Shown: in pieces, positions 1 through 12,126 of the stretch
Layout of the letters: each line of letters starts with the position of its first letter
Position numbering within the stretch: the stretch's first letter is position 1
DNA from: Schmidtea nova
Taxonomy: Eukaryota
NCBI GenBank assembly: GCA_044892505.1
Contig: CM097883.1
Location: 282,782,001 to 282,846,000 of the forward strand
Reading direction: 5' to 3'
DNA: 64,000 nucleotides
Notes under the pieces: model-generated
What the model saw: only the letters and a program-made list of their open reading frames with translations
The model's database searches: none
What the model was told of the DNA's origin: nothing
Translations under genes and position numbers: made by a program

Positions 1-492
1 GCTCGCATCCTCCTACTAGTAAAATTTATTCTCGATTAAAATCAGATAAAATTCTTCAATTCACATCCCAGAAGACAGGGAGCATCTAAAATTTTCGATG
101 ACTGCTTGGTAACTTCATTTTTAATTGGTTATTATGCTGTCGAAGAAACTGACAAGAACGATTAAAACTTTTCAAATTCTCCTCACAGATATCAAAACTG
201 TAAATCTGCTGTTAAAATCCTTGGCACGAAGCCAGAACAGAATTCTCTGATGCCATTTGTGACAATCAAAGTGTGAATGGATGTAATTCTTCTTTCACTT
301 TGAACGATTGTTTTAAATGATTTTCACATTAATTTGACAAGGTCTTCCTGGCTTGTAATTGACAATAACACTTTGGAAGTTGTTGCTTGTAATGGTCACT
401 GATCCCCATCAACAGCTTTTAAATGTAAACGTATATCTTCTTTATTCTTGCCATTCATAAACAAAAATCTGATGCTGCTGCATCGATACTGT
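1..492 (-). pseudogene. Degraded coding fragment, possibly WD40-repeat
   Basis: One minus frame from ATG near 492 runs about 165 codons with 8 stops (MSYKEYSIDAAASDFCL*...ENSVLASCQGF*QQIYSFDI...VFWDVN*...ILLVGGCE). LAS, FDI and FWD motifs are WD40-like. Confidence 0.3.
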
Positions 493-1472
493 ACTCTTTA
501 TAAGACATTTTATAATTTACGCGAGAATTGTATAAACCCAGCGTTATCAAGTAAACAGACTTAAAAATTGTTTGCCTTTATAAATTAATGAATAAACATG
601 GATATTTTGACACAAATCACATATTTATTTATACAAGTTTCGCTATTTATTGGGCGCAACACGCATATTATGATTGATAATGTTTTGATTAACAATATAT
701 TATTTTTATTGTTAGCTTTTGGTTGCGGTACGATCAAAATACGTGATAAATATACTTATTCTGAATTCTGATATTAATTGTCTTTTGTAGAAATGCAGAT
801 AATTTACTTGAAAGAAACAGAAGCATATTTAGAAGATTCCAGTTATATTCTGAAGTAGATTGATAAGGATTATTTGATAATCGAAATTTTTCACACAATA
901 AAATTTTGCTTCAAAACCTTATTTTTTTATTTAATTATTATTGTTTGTTTTTTTAAATTAATTAAGATATCAAATTTTTATTGTTTGTTGATATAATAAT
1001 ATAATTACAAATGCTTCCATATGCAAAGATCCTGATCACTTCAATATGAAATTCTTTACAATTGATTTTTCACTTCTGTCTGATTTTCTGCCTTTTTCTG
1101 AATTCTGATTTTAATATCAACATTTAAACAATTTAAATTTTTTTGAATAAAAATATTTTAAAATCATCTTTGATTTTTTTTTGAAAATCTTTAAAGCTAT
1201 TTTGGTTTGAAATTTAATTCAACTGGAATTTATTGAATATTTAAAATATGTTAGAAGATGGACGGACAATAAAAATACTAAAATTAAAACATTACACAGT
1301 AGAGGGTAATAGGTACATAATCAACATAAATATACAAGAATGATGCAAAATGTTAACAATCTAGTCTACCTATGAACAATTATTTAATAACAATTTGTGA
1401 TGTTCATTAATTTGATTACTTTGACAATTATCTGAATTTTATCTTTACTTGCTTTATTTTATGTTACTAATT

Positions 1473-3775
1473 TTGCATGACCAGACGATTTTCAAAATTA
1501 TACGGGACAAAATTTTGAAAATACGGGACAAAATGAAAAAAAATAATAAATGCTTATGCATAGCAACTTTATTTGACGTATTTATCAGAGGACACTATTT
1601 TTTCAAAGAATTCAACATTTACTTTTATCGCTGCATAGGATTAAGTAAAATTTACCTCTGAGTTGTGTTGGATAGTGAGTAAAGTGCTTATAGTTTCAAC
1701 ATCAAATCTGTTTTTCTCATCCTCCCACGCTCGATTAATGAAAGAAAAAATTCTCTCTACGTCACACGAGGTTCCTCGCAATGAAAATGCAAACTCTGCG
1801 CACTTTTCCATGTTAACCAAGCGAGTTGATTGTTCGCGAAAGTGAATAAAAAAATTAAGCCATATTTTCTCAACAGTAAATTCTTCATCTGCATACGATG
1901 AAAACTTATCTTCAACAAATGACTTCATGAGAACATATTCTTCAAAAAGAATGTTTCTATCGATGATAGATTTAATTTTATCTCCATACTTGTCAGCAAC
2001 GTATTCAAACGACTCATCAACTTCATTCCATTCTGGGACTTTTGCCATGAGCATCCACATAAAAATTTGCGATCCATTAAACGACGATTCCCACAATTCG
2101 ATAAAGTCAATTATTGCGTCGTAGATGTCCGAAATTTGCTTCTTGATTTTTACTTGAAGAGTATTGTTGAATTTCTGATATTTAAGTTGAGATTCTCGAG
2201 GCATAAAAGAGAAATCCTTTCTATTCTGCATCTTCCCCTTTAATCTTGTTATTTCATTAGTAGCTTCGAAAGGTGTGGTCCGCGTTAATTCAATGTTTTT
2301 AATCGTAGAGTTAAAATTTTTCAGCTGATTTACAACGAGCAAAATCCAGAATTTTCCACCTGGATTCTCGAAGAATCGTAAAACTGTTGGAAGGCATTTT
2401 TTAATGACAAAAAGTATTGCTTCAACTGATCATAAAGCTCAATTAATCGATTAATAGCCAGCTCTAATGTCAGAAATCTTGTTGATGAATGTTTTTATAG
2501 AAGCTTGTAACTTTCATCCATTGCTTCACAGAAAGTCCTAAAGGTTTCTGTTCGAACCGTATATAAACTGAAATGTTTGTAAATATTAACAACAAGAGCT
2601 TCCATGTCAATGTCAAGAATTTTACATCCATCATTTAATGCGTTATGAGCAATATGAGCTACACATCCATTCCCGATTATTTGTCGACGAAGAAAACTAT
2701 TAAGATGTCTCCATGCGTTGTTTTGGCCATTTCGATCGACTCCACCAAAATTAAGATTTGTATTGTCTGCTCCAAATGCTAAAACTTTCTCCTGCAAATG
2801 TTGTTTCTCGATAATTTTGGAGAGCTCATTAGCTATTGTTTTTAACTTTTCGTTTGTAATCGACACAAGTCCGATTTTCTTGCTAACAACTCCAGCAACA
2901 GGATTAAAGTAGCGTAGAGCAACAGGAACTAATTTCAGATTTTTGTGGTTAGATGTATCAGTCATTAAGCAAAATAAGTTTGCTTTCTTTATGATCGCAG
3001 TTGTTTTTGTTATTCATAATGTAAATTTTCACTCGAAACATGCTCGAATGAGTTCGGATGTGCAATCATTAGAGCGAAAAGAAAAGTTGCGCCTTCCAGT
3101 ATGATATGCAATTACTGCTTCCTTAGCGCTAATATTTAATTCTTCCTTTGTTGTCGAAATCTTTTTAAAAAGCCGCTTACTTTCGTACTTGTGACTCCAA
3201 CATCTATTGCATTTTGTGACGAGTAGTTCCAACATGTTGAACAATATCCGATCAACCACCGTGGCTTATTGAGAATGCTGATGAGCAAACTGTACAGAAT
3301 ACTTTGCTGTCGTCTGGTGGATATCTCTTGATGAATCCAAACTCTGTAGCATAACTGTCGTTCCATGAAGTCTTTCTTTTCTTGCTTGTTCTCATCTGGA
3401 TTAAAAAAATTGATTTGCTGGAGACATTTTTGAACGAAATCAACAATGACATTACTTACAATAATAGTTTTGATGATTTCTTTATCCAATAATGATTTAA
3501 AATCATAAATCCATTAATTTGCAGATTGTAAAATTTAATTTGACAAAGTAGCAAAATATTGAGGTTATCAAAATGTTGTATAAGGGGTAGGAAATTAGGA
3601 TTCGAGTGGGGGAAACAGATAATATAACGACTTAATTGAGTAAAAGTTTCATTTTTGCTTCAATTTGATAATTTTTTTTTAAAAACTTTTATAGAAATTT
3701 TTGAAATAGGGGACACGGGACAAATTCTCAAAATACGGGACTGTCCCGGGTAAATATGACCAAATTGTCACGCTA
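1473..3775 (-). mobile_element. hAT DNA transposon, near full-length, decayed
   Basis: Imperfect TIRs (TTGCATGACCAG / ...GTCACGCTA), subterminal ACGGGACA motifs and exact 8-bp TSD TACTAATT (1465-1472, 3776-3783). Confidence 0.9.
1641..3452 (-). pseudogene. hAT transposase, frameshifted into 4 ORFs
   Basis: BED-like finger (VFCTVCSSAFSISHGG), catalytic-region motifs (ADNTNLNFGG, GCVAHIAHN) and C-terminal SCDVERIFS. Confidence 0.85.
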
Positions 3776-4413
3776 TACTAATTATTATTTGGATTTATGT
3801 GATGATTTTTATTGACTTCTATGTGAGTTTGATAATTTATTTGTAATTTTGATTCATTCATCTTTATATCACATTTGATGGATTTTATTAATTTTTGATA
3901 ATTTATATTTACTCCCCATACATATTAATATATATTATTGCTCATCTAGGGACTAATTAATGAAAGCAGATTATTTTTATTTTCGTTGTTTTCCATTAGC
4001 ACCAAACAGGTGCATTATCTTGTTGAAATGTCACTTAAAGTGCTCATTTGTTTTTATGAAATTTATGAAGCAAAGCGTCGTTAAGTGGAATAATAATGCC
4101 CTTAAAGAGCAGACGATAATGAGATTATGCTCATCAGGGGCGCTCCAAGCGGGCGTGCAACGCGTGCGTGGCACGCAGGCGGCCGTTTGAAAGGCGGCAA
4201 ATTAAAAAAATGAATTTGCAAAAACAACAATTTCATTTTGTAAAATTCAATTTTTCATTTTATAAAATAAAAAAAAAGTTTCGACTATTTTGTTACTGAA
4301 CGCACACAGTTTGTGTAGTATCATTGAACGCACTCCATTAATTTTTATATATCTGTCTTGGCTTGTCATTGACGAATACTATTACACTAAATAACTTTGA
4401 CAAGTTGTCAAAG

Positions 4414-4611
4414 TCATTTAGTGTTTAGTTTATCGTCAACAGATATGGTAACATTATTTTCTATTTCTATAGGTGTGCTTGACGACGCTGTTGGTGTATT
4501 TTCAAAATATTTTGAAAGCGAATTCTTCAAACTCTGCATTGATTTCAGTTTATTTAAACGCTGCTTTTTGTATTGTGCGCCAGATAAACGTTTTGTTTTT
4601 CTTCCGGTCAT
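4414..4611 (-). pseudogene. Inverted N-terminal piece of the hAT transposase
   Basis: MTGRKTKRLSGAQYKKQR resembles the start of ZMYM-type hAT transposases. It is preceded on the minus strand by a GTAAGT...TTAG intron and lies opposite in orientation to the C-terminal piece. Confidence 0.6.
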
Positions 4612-4763
4612 ATCTAATGGTGCAAATAATACAAATAATAAATATCTAACGTACAATAACAAAAATATAGAAAAAGTTGCATTATACTTACCAAATTCTA
4701 TAATACAATCCTGCTTTCTAATCTAATATTATATATCTCTATTTTTTTTAAATAAAAATCTTA

Positions 4764-5411
4764 TTGATTTTTATAAATTTAAAAACTGGAAATATTAATG
4801 TTGTTTTGAATCCAAAATTAAAACACTGTGTTTTAATTTTGGATCCAAAAACAAATTTTAAAATTAACTTTTATTTCTGCATTATCGACCAAGCATTAGT
4901 ATCAATTACAACAAGATACGAAGCGTTAAAATCGTATAATGATATATTTGGATTTATGTATAATATTAAAGATATAACAGAAGAAATACTTTTGAAAAGC
5001 TGCAAAGATTTACATTTGAAATTAACTGACGAACAAAGAAATGAGTCCGATATTAATGGAATTGATTTATTCGAAGAGATAAAAACTATAAAGGTATTTT
5101 TAAAAGAAGAAGATATTAAACCTCAATCTATATTATTATATATTTTACAAAATGATCTTCAGGCAACATTCCCAAATATATTTATTGTGACCAGAATTCT
5201 ATTAACATTACCAATCTCAGTTGCAACAGGTGAAAGATCGTTTTCAAAATTGAAGATAATTAAAAATTATTTACGATCAACTATGCTCCAGGAACGTTTA
5301 AGTAATATATCAATAATTTCAATAGAACATGAAATCCTAGATAATTTAGATATGCATGACTTAATTTCACAATTTGCTTTGAACAAGGCAAGAAAAGTCT
5401 CTTTTGTATGA
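4764..5411 (+). pseudogene. hAT transposase C-terminal (dimerization domain) fragment
   Basis: FPNIFIVTRILLTLPISVATGERSFSKLKIIKNYLRSTMLQERLSNISIISIEHE. Confidence 0.9.
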
Positions 5412-5699
5412 GTAGTAAACTATTAATTTCATAAACTTTCTATTGTTTGTGTGTACTAAACTATAACTTTCCTAAACTTATCTGTTTTGTGATTAATAAA
5501 CTATAATTTTCATAAACTATTGCATGTGATATGTGTGTTCTTCCGTAGTTAGTTTAATTTTTACTTTAATTAAATGTTATTTTTATTTTGGATTATAGAA
5601 ACTTTTTTGCAGCAAGGATGAAGAGCGGCGGGAAATTATTTTGCACTCAAGCGGCCTAACAGCTCGGCGCGCCCCTGATGCTCATTGAGAGCAAACAAT

Positions 5700-6135
5700 A
5701 AAAATTAAATAATAATAGCGAAAATAATAATAATTAGTAATAATAATTGGTAGTATTAATAATAATTTTTAATGATAACAAAATAATAACAAAAATAAGT
5801 TAAAAATAATAATGATATGATAATATATAATTAATAATAATAATGAATAGTAGCAATGAATACAATAATGATAATTAATTAAAAGAGCAATAATAAAAAA
5901 ATATAATAATAATAAAAATAATAATAGTGTTATTAAGTTATAGTGATAAAATTATTGGTACAAATTATATAATAAAAATAACAATGATTAAATAAATTAT
6001 TCTAAAAAAAATTTTAATAAAAAGAAAACTTATAATTTGAATTTACTTGTGAATAATAATAATAATAATAATAATAAATAATAACAAATATGAAGATGAA
6101 TAATGGTAATTATTAAATAATAAATAGCGGTAATT
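5700..6135. repeat. Degenerate (TAA)n low-complexity tract
   Basis: About 430 bp of AAT/TAA repeats, almost no G/C. Confidence 0.85.
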
Positions 6136-6136
6136 A

Positions 6137-6519
6137 TTAATCCGGGATCGGCCTGAGATTTATAGGTGTAGCTTCAGTTTGGGCCTCGATCGTTATAATC
6201 CTCGAGGGCACCCATCTTTCAAACGTAGTTTTCCGGATCTGGTCCTTCAGATGGTCCGAAACAAATTGTTCCGAAACGGTCCTCAAGCATTTATTGAGTT
6301 CTACTTTGTTTGCGGCTAACTCGACCGACTGTGCGTCAAAAGCTCGTTGTAGGCGATCCTTTCTTTGTAATATATCTTTTACGGCAGCAGGACAGAACCA
6401 ACTACGGCGAATCTCTTCCTATTCCGCCCCTGGCGGTTTATAACGTCTTCTAGAAGACGAATACGTCGGCGCAGCAATTTAACCTCTCCTTCGTTGACCG
6501 ATGTACTTGAAGATTCCAT
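6137..6519 (-). pseudogene. Unknown coiled-coil-like ORF with a frameshift and a stop
   Basis: MESSSTSVNEGEVKLLRRRIRLLEDVINRQG, then shifted frame EEIRRSWFCPAAVKDILQRKDRLQRAF...PIPD*. GC content is higher than the flanks. Confidence 0.4.
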
Positions 6520-6806
6520 TTCCTAAATTTTAAACATACTTATGTACCACGTTATTACTAGATATTCGCGACTCATCGCTTTCAAGAGATGAATTTTAAA
6601 GTCTCCCTCCGACCTCACGTAAACTACATTTTTGTCGATTACTGGTACTCCCTTTACATCACTCATGTTCCCTCTTTTATTCAGATCAAGCATTTTTTCT
6701 CACCTCTTTCGCATATTCATCATACACTCACAACATCTAATTAAATGAAACTTTACATCGACAGATTTTTAATAATTTTTTAATAACATTGATAAACAAA
6801 ACGATT

Positions 6807-7372
6807 TTATATACTCCAGTCTTGCGCATAACTACTGCCACTCCGTTGAATTCCTGTTTCATCGTAGAAGTCTGGGTTTGGGTCCCAGCATACCCGACCG
6901 TCGTATAGAAATATCTCATGCCATACAAGGTTTGTCGCCTTGATTTGATCTTTCCCGTCGCCATCGGGCAACTCGATAGGCAGATTTGGGCATTCGATAA
7001 GCTCTCCTGTCCTAATATGTCGGGGACATCCTAGAATGATGTAACCTAACCGATGTAACTCGGAGATTTCTATGCGTTGGAAGTGCATAAGCCATCGGGG
7101 CTTTCCTGTTTCATCCTGGGTTTCTTCGAACCAATTTCGACGAGTCATTGCTTTTCGGTGATCCACGAGCGGCCAATGGGTATCTCCTTCCCATCGCAAC
7201 TTAAATTTCATATTGACTTTCTTGAGAGCATCCTCTAACAACCCTAGCTCCCTACACTCGTGGCACAGATGCCGCCAGCTTGTTGCAGAATCTCCTGGGG
7301 TGCTCCTATGTCGATCAAGAAGGTTGCCACAACTTTCTTTTGCGTCCTTCCACTCTGTTTTCGAGATTTAGC
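6807..7372 (-). pseudogene. Unknown protein family Z, copy 1
   Basis: 144-aa ORF plus a frameshifted upstream part; recognisably homologous to 53904-54470 (W.G.T.WP, RWL.HFQ, PRH, E.FLY....CW, YDE.GI). Confidence 0.6.
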
Positions 7373-9129
7373 ATCCTATTTCAAATTTCCTGAATGGTGG
7401 GTACTAATTTAACTAGTTAGATTGAATGAGAATTACCACCCTTTCATCACACTTCCTACGAGACCGGACCTCATTCATACTCCACAAACATATCTCATTC
7501 TCACTGCCACCTTCAATATTCATTTTCAATGTCACATACCAAGATATCACTAATTTAGAACACTTTACTTAGTTATTTATTTAATTTAGACATCATCGTA
7601 GTGCTGATGAAACATTCGTGGTTTCACTAAAACTTTCTCAAGCCGACTCATTATTGTTGATTTTATTTTATTGGTATTAAATTTCACATTAGCGATCAGA
7701 TTAATTCTTCTGGCATATGGCCTACATTATCAGTCAACATACTCGAACAAATCTGAACATCAATCAATTTTTCAAGCACTCTTTCAGCCATCTGACATTA
7801 CACCCTATTCTCTCAAACATTCATGTCGTTCAATCGTGCGTTTAGGTTCATTTAGGGTTCGGTAAAGTGGTTTGTTTCAGACTAATTGCAATCGCAATTG
7901 TTACCCTGGATTACCTCATTTCCCTTCTTGAAACTCTGTTCTCAAAGTTATAACTATGCGATGTAGCTCAGCATCACAGAAACTTCTATCCGACGACGTT
8001 TAACACGGGACGACTAGTGTACGAGGTATTTTTCACTATTCTACGATGCACTATTACGAGGCGCGACACTACCATTTACCATACGATAATGCACGATGTG
8101 ACTAGGTACGATACTCCCAAGAGCAACCCCCTCCCACATTCTATTACCTCTACTACGCCGCATCAGCCATCACCCACTAGGGGATGCGCTGAGAGGCCAG
8201 CTTTTCGCCCGTTAGATCCAGAGACCTTCAGGACGCCACCTTATGAATTTTATCATCAATATCATGAGAGTTTAAACATATAATAAGACTAAAACATGGA
8301 CATACCTTTTATTCCTGTTCGATTTCACTGATACAAAAATTTTCGATAATCAAGATGACAATTCAATGGTACAATGACAATTGACTTGTAAAAGTGACAT
8401 TAACTCACTGAGTTTGGATGCCGTATATATACTTATTTTTGTTGACGGCCAGCCAATCAGAATTCAGTATGCGTGTGAGTACTGTAATCATTTTATTTTT
8501 AATGCTTATCTTTACGTGCTTATCCGGTGAGTTTTATGTTTATTCATCCGTAAATCTTTTATTTTATTCAATTTATTTTAGATTTCGTGTTCTACTTGAG
8601 CTGTCCGCCCACTCACTGTCAGTCTTGAGTAGCTTGCTCTATTGTGCGATTTTTCTTTGCGTTCTGCGTGAGTAAGTTTTTGATTGTTATTATTCATTCT
8701 AATTCATTGTTAATTTATTTCGGGCTTCATTGCATACTAATGATTCTTGATGCATTGCTGGTGTTTTGATAGTTATTTTATTATTTTATTAATTTTCTGT
8801 ATTCATTTTATTCCAATTTTAGATTATTTGCGATTCTCCGGGCCCAACAAAGTTCCGAAGTGGGTCGTGTAATACTTGCATTTATTATGTTTTAATGAAA
8901 TTATGGAAAGAGTTTTGCCTATTGGGGATAAAGGCGGGATAGATTGATAGGTTTGATAATGCACAGTGAGAGGTTCAGCTTAGCAAAATTCCTAAATATT
9001 TGTCGGGTGCTGAAGTAGTTACTTGTTGAATCAATCATGTGAGATGTGTGAAAAATATAGGAAATATAGTCTAGTAATTAGTTAACCACGACTGGTGTAT
9101 TAATTTTTATTTCGCTCATACAATTTAAG

Positions 9130-9689
9130 ATGATTCAAGTACAGATCGAGGAATTAAAAAAATACGCCAAAGAATTCGCAAAAAGCATTAGGCGGATCAA
9201 CATTCGGCTTGCGGATATGGAAGAGGAGAACAAACTCCTCTGGGCGGAAAATAAATCTATTACGGAACGTAAGAGGAAATTCAGATCTTGTTGCCGGTTC
9301 ATCGAAATAACTTGGACCAGTGTGGAGGACACCGAGAAGTTAAAAAAAATAAAAATGTTACAACAACAGGCGGCTGACGACGTTATTCAGCAAAGGGCAC
9401 TGAAGATGGCGATCAGGGATCGAGATGTCGAATTCGTGTGTTCAAAGTCGACACGGGAGTGATATCGGCCGTACTGCCAAAAATAGCCTTCCACTCGCTG
9501 TAACTATTTCTGGTACGGGCGGAGAAGATTCTAAGTCTAAGCGATTTAAACCGAGAAAAGGGGTATGTGCTCGTTGAAAGAGGCGCCAAGAAGACCACGT
9601 ACTCGGTCAGATTAGGTAGGTCGCAGTGGAGGAAATCGATCTCACTATTTACATTAACTGGTCGGTTTCCTTTTGTGATTTGATTGTGC
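9130..9689 (+). pseudogene. Unknown ORF, N-terminal coiled coil, frameshifted
   Basis: 110-aa ORF (MIQVQIEELKKYAKEFAKSIRRINIRLADMEEENKLL...) continues in another frame to about 9689 with one stop. Confidence 0.4.
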
Positions 9690-9849
9690 GTGCTATGTAT
9701 CGGTATAAAATTTGTGTAGTGTGTGAGAAATTATAACTTTCGTGTAATTGTTTTTATCATTATTTATTATGATAATAGTAATAAACTATTATTTATATTA
9801 ACACAATAGATTTTCCAGTAAAGGATAATAGTAGGAACAACGAGTGAAA

Positions 9850-10330
9850 CAGGGAAATCTAGATTTTTTTAAAGTACAAATGAGTATAGGTTGAGTATGG
9901 GGCAAAATTGGCAAAGCACCTTCTATCGGTCGCCCTTGAATCCACTGTGACATTCGGTCAATCACAGTTTCGAACTTTTCGACGCTCACTGTTTGCGGAT
10001 ATCCACCAATTGTTAGCATTACCGACGTTACACTGTAGAAGGCAACAAGATGGTAAATTGATGTTTTTATGTGTTGAGTTGTTGATGTAAGCCATTGTAA
10101 CGCCAAGGTAATATTGATGGTCAACAACCCACCACAACGATGGATTCTTGAGCATAGATCTTATCATATCTGTATTTGTCATAAATTGTTAATGAAGTTG
10201 TCCTTACATATCATAAATATTACGACTAGTATGTTTGTAGAAAGCATAATTCATTGAATTCAACTCAGTGTCTTTGATGTAGAAATTGATGGCCATGGAA
10301 AAGCCTTTGCTTCTATAAGCTTCTTTGTCT
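9850..10330 (-). pseudogene. Tetraspanin-like fragment, copy 1
   Basis: PSCC..QC motif followed by QWIQGRPIEG and a hydrophobic stretch; clearly similar at DNA level to 17545-17800. Confidence 0.45.
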
Positions 10331-10679
10331 TCAAATGTCTCCTGGCTTTACGGAAATAAGTTGATTTTATTTTCCAAATACTTGTGACATTTAGAAATAT
10401 ACTAAGATATATTTTCAAGATAAAATTTCAAATTTCACAATAAAAAACGATTTATTATAACTCATTTCTAAATCACAGTCTCACTTAATAATTTCAAAAA
10501 AATGAGTCAGAAAATTGACCCAATCAGAAAATATCAATGAAAAATAGTCACAGAAAAAACTCCAATACCAATATTGGTAGACAATGGTTTTAACAAAACT
10601 TTATTAACATACCTTTTTACACACTAAAATTCACAGCAGTTTTTAGTAGTTTTTATTTTCTTACATATTCTTTCATAAA

Positions 10680-10930
10680 TCATCTTATAATAGTTTTATA
10701 AACTCATTAGATTCTTCATGCATTTCGGTCTTGCGAGTGTCTGTGTAGCTTCGATTTTATTTTGGTCCACACTAATTCCTACTGCATTTTATACTGAAAT
10801 GACAAATTTTGTATAATGTCCAACATTCCGCTCATTTTATCATTTCTCTGTCTGAATGGACTTTATTTGTATTTCTTTTTGTACCTCATCTCTACAGCTT
10901 CTGGTACTTTTGATTGTATATGGTATCGTC
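10680..10930 (-). mobile_element. Decayed Ty3/Gypsy RT fragment
   Basis: GHYTKF...VGISVDQNKIEATQTLARPKCMKNLMSL*NYY matches the RT C-terminal GH...GI.VD..KI.AI..P.PK...NYY region. Confidence 0.55.
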
Positions 10931-11435
10931 TTCACTACATTGATATAACTAATTATTTTGTTGAATTTCTCTATTTTATTTTTACTTTTATTTTATCTAC
11001 AATTTTTAGATATATTTAAAATTGCGAAATTTATTTAAACAATTTAAGAGTATAATATAAAAGTAATTGTTTTTTTACCTAAGTATTCATTTACAACTTT
11101 TGATATTCTGAAGAAATATTAAAAAGTTTAAAAATATTCACGAATTAATCAATCCCAATAGCAATTATATCGACACACACAAGCCGCTTTAAAATATAAA
11201 AACGATGGAATATAAGATTGATAAAATTCATTAAAGACATAATATTCAAAGAAATTACGCTGTTGGAAATAATAAATTAAACTGTGGAACATATCAAAAC
11301 AAAGATTTGTCATTTATCTGTGAAAATGATTCCGAAAGATTCTCCTTGTTCGTAAACATTAGCGAGAAATTAAAATTGTAAAATATATCAAATTAAATAA
11401 TACTAAATGAGAATCAACGTTTTAAGTCTATAAAT

Positions 11436-11781
11436 CAGTGTTTCCCAATGTGGGGCAATTTGCAAATCTACACTACACCACTTTGACCCCTTCGCTACTG
11501 TCTTTTTAAATGCCATGCTAGATGTCGGTGAAAAATTTTTTAAAGCAAATTCTTATAAATAAGGGGGCATAATTCACTATTTAATTACTTTAACGATATT
11601 AAAATCTTAATTGAGTGCTTAGAGTTGTTAAGTAGACTTGTATAGTATTACTAAAAATGTTTCCTGTTCAGTAATCCCGTGGGTTTATTTTAATTTTAAT
11701 GTTTAAAATTTTTTAGGGGGGACATAGAGGTTTAAAAATTGTAAAAGTGGGGTATTGCCTAAAAAAGGTTGGGAAACACTG
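11436..11781. mobile_element. hAT MITE, 346 bp
   Basis: 13-bp TIR CAGTGTTTCCCAA/TTGGGAAACACTG and exact 8-bp TSD CTATAAAT. Confidence 0.92.
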
Positions 11782-12126
11782 CTATAAATGAATGTTTTAA
11801 AAACGAAATAAAATTTTAAAAGATTATAAATAACTATAAATATCTTTTGAATACTTGATGAACCAAATTTCTTTCGTTTTTAAATTTTTTAAAATACAAA
11901 TTTCACAAATAACCGAAAATAGTGCAACAGACATTACGAGAAGAAATTGAAATTTTTATAGTTGAAGATACGAACCATACGATAACCTTAAATTAAAAAT
12001 ATTAATGATTTCTAAAATTTAAATAAAATAGCTATAGAGAAGAGATAAAGCAATTTAAATTACCTGTAGATTTTTACAACGAATCAGAAATTCCATATCT
12101 GAAATTAGAAAATTAAATTAACCAAC

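Larger units (their letters stand above)
4135..5677 (+). mobile_element. Internally deleted and rearranged hAT (Tip100/ZMYM-like) element
   Basis: TIR CAGGGGCGC...GCGCCCCTG and exact 8-bp TSD ATGCTCAT (4127-4134, 5678-5685). Confidence 0.92.

Noticed and set aside
6807-7330. Papain/transglutaminase Cys-His-Asp triad in family Z (GGIC...WHEIF...WDP)
   Set aside because: The His and Asp are not conserved in the second copy (IQEVF, WRF), so the assignment is unsupported.
7604-7635. Hammerhead-like CTGATGA hairpin (also GTGATGAG at about 61460 and 61765)
   Set aside because: No GAAA core or stems I and III.
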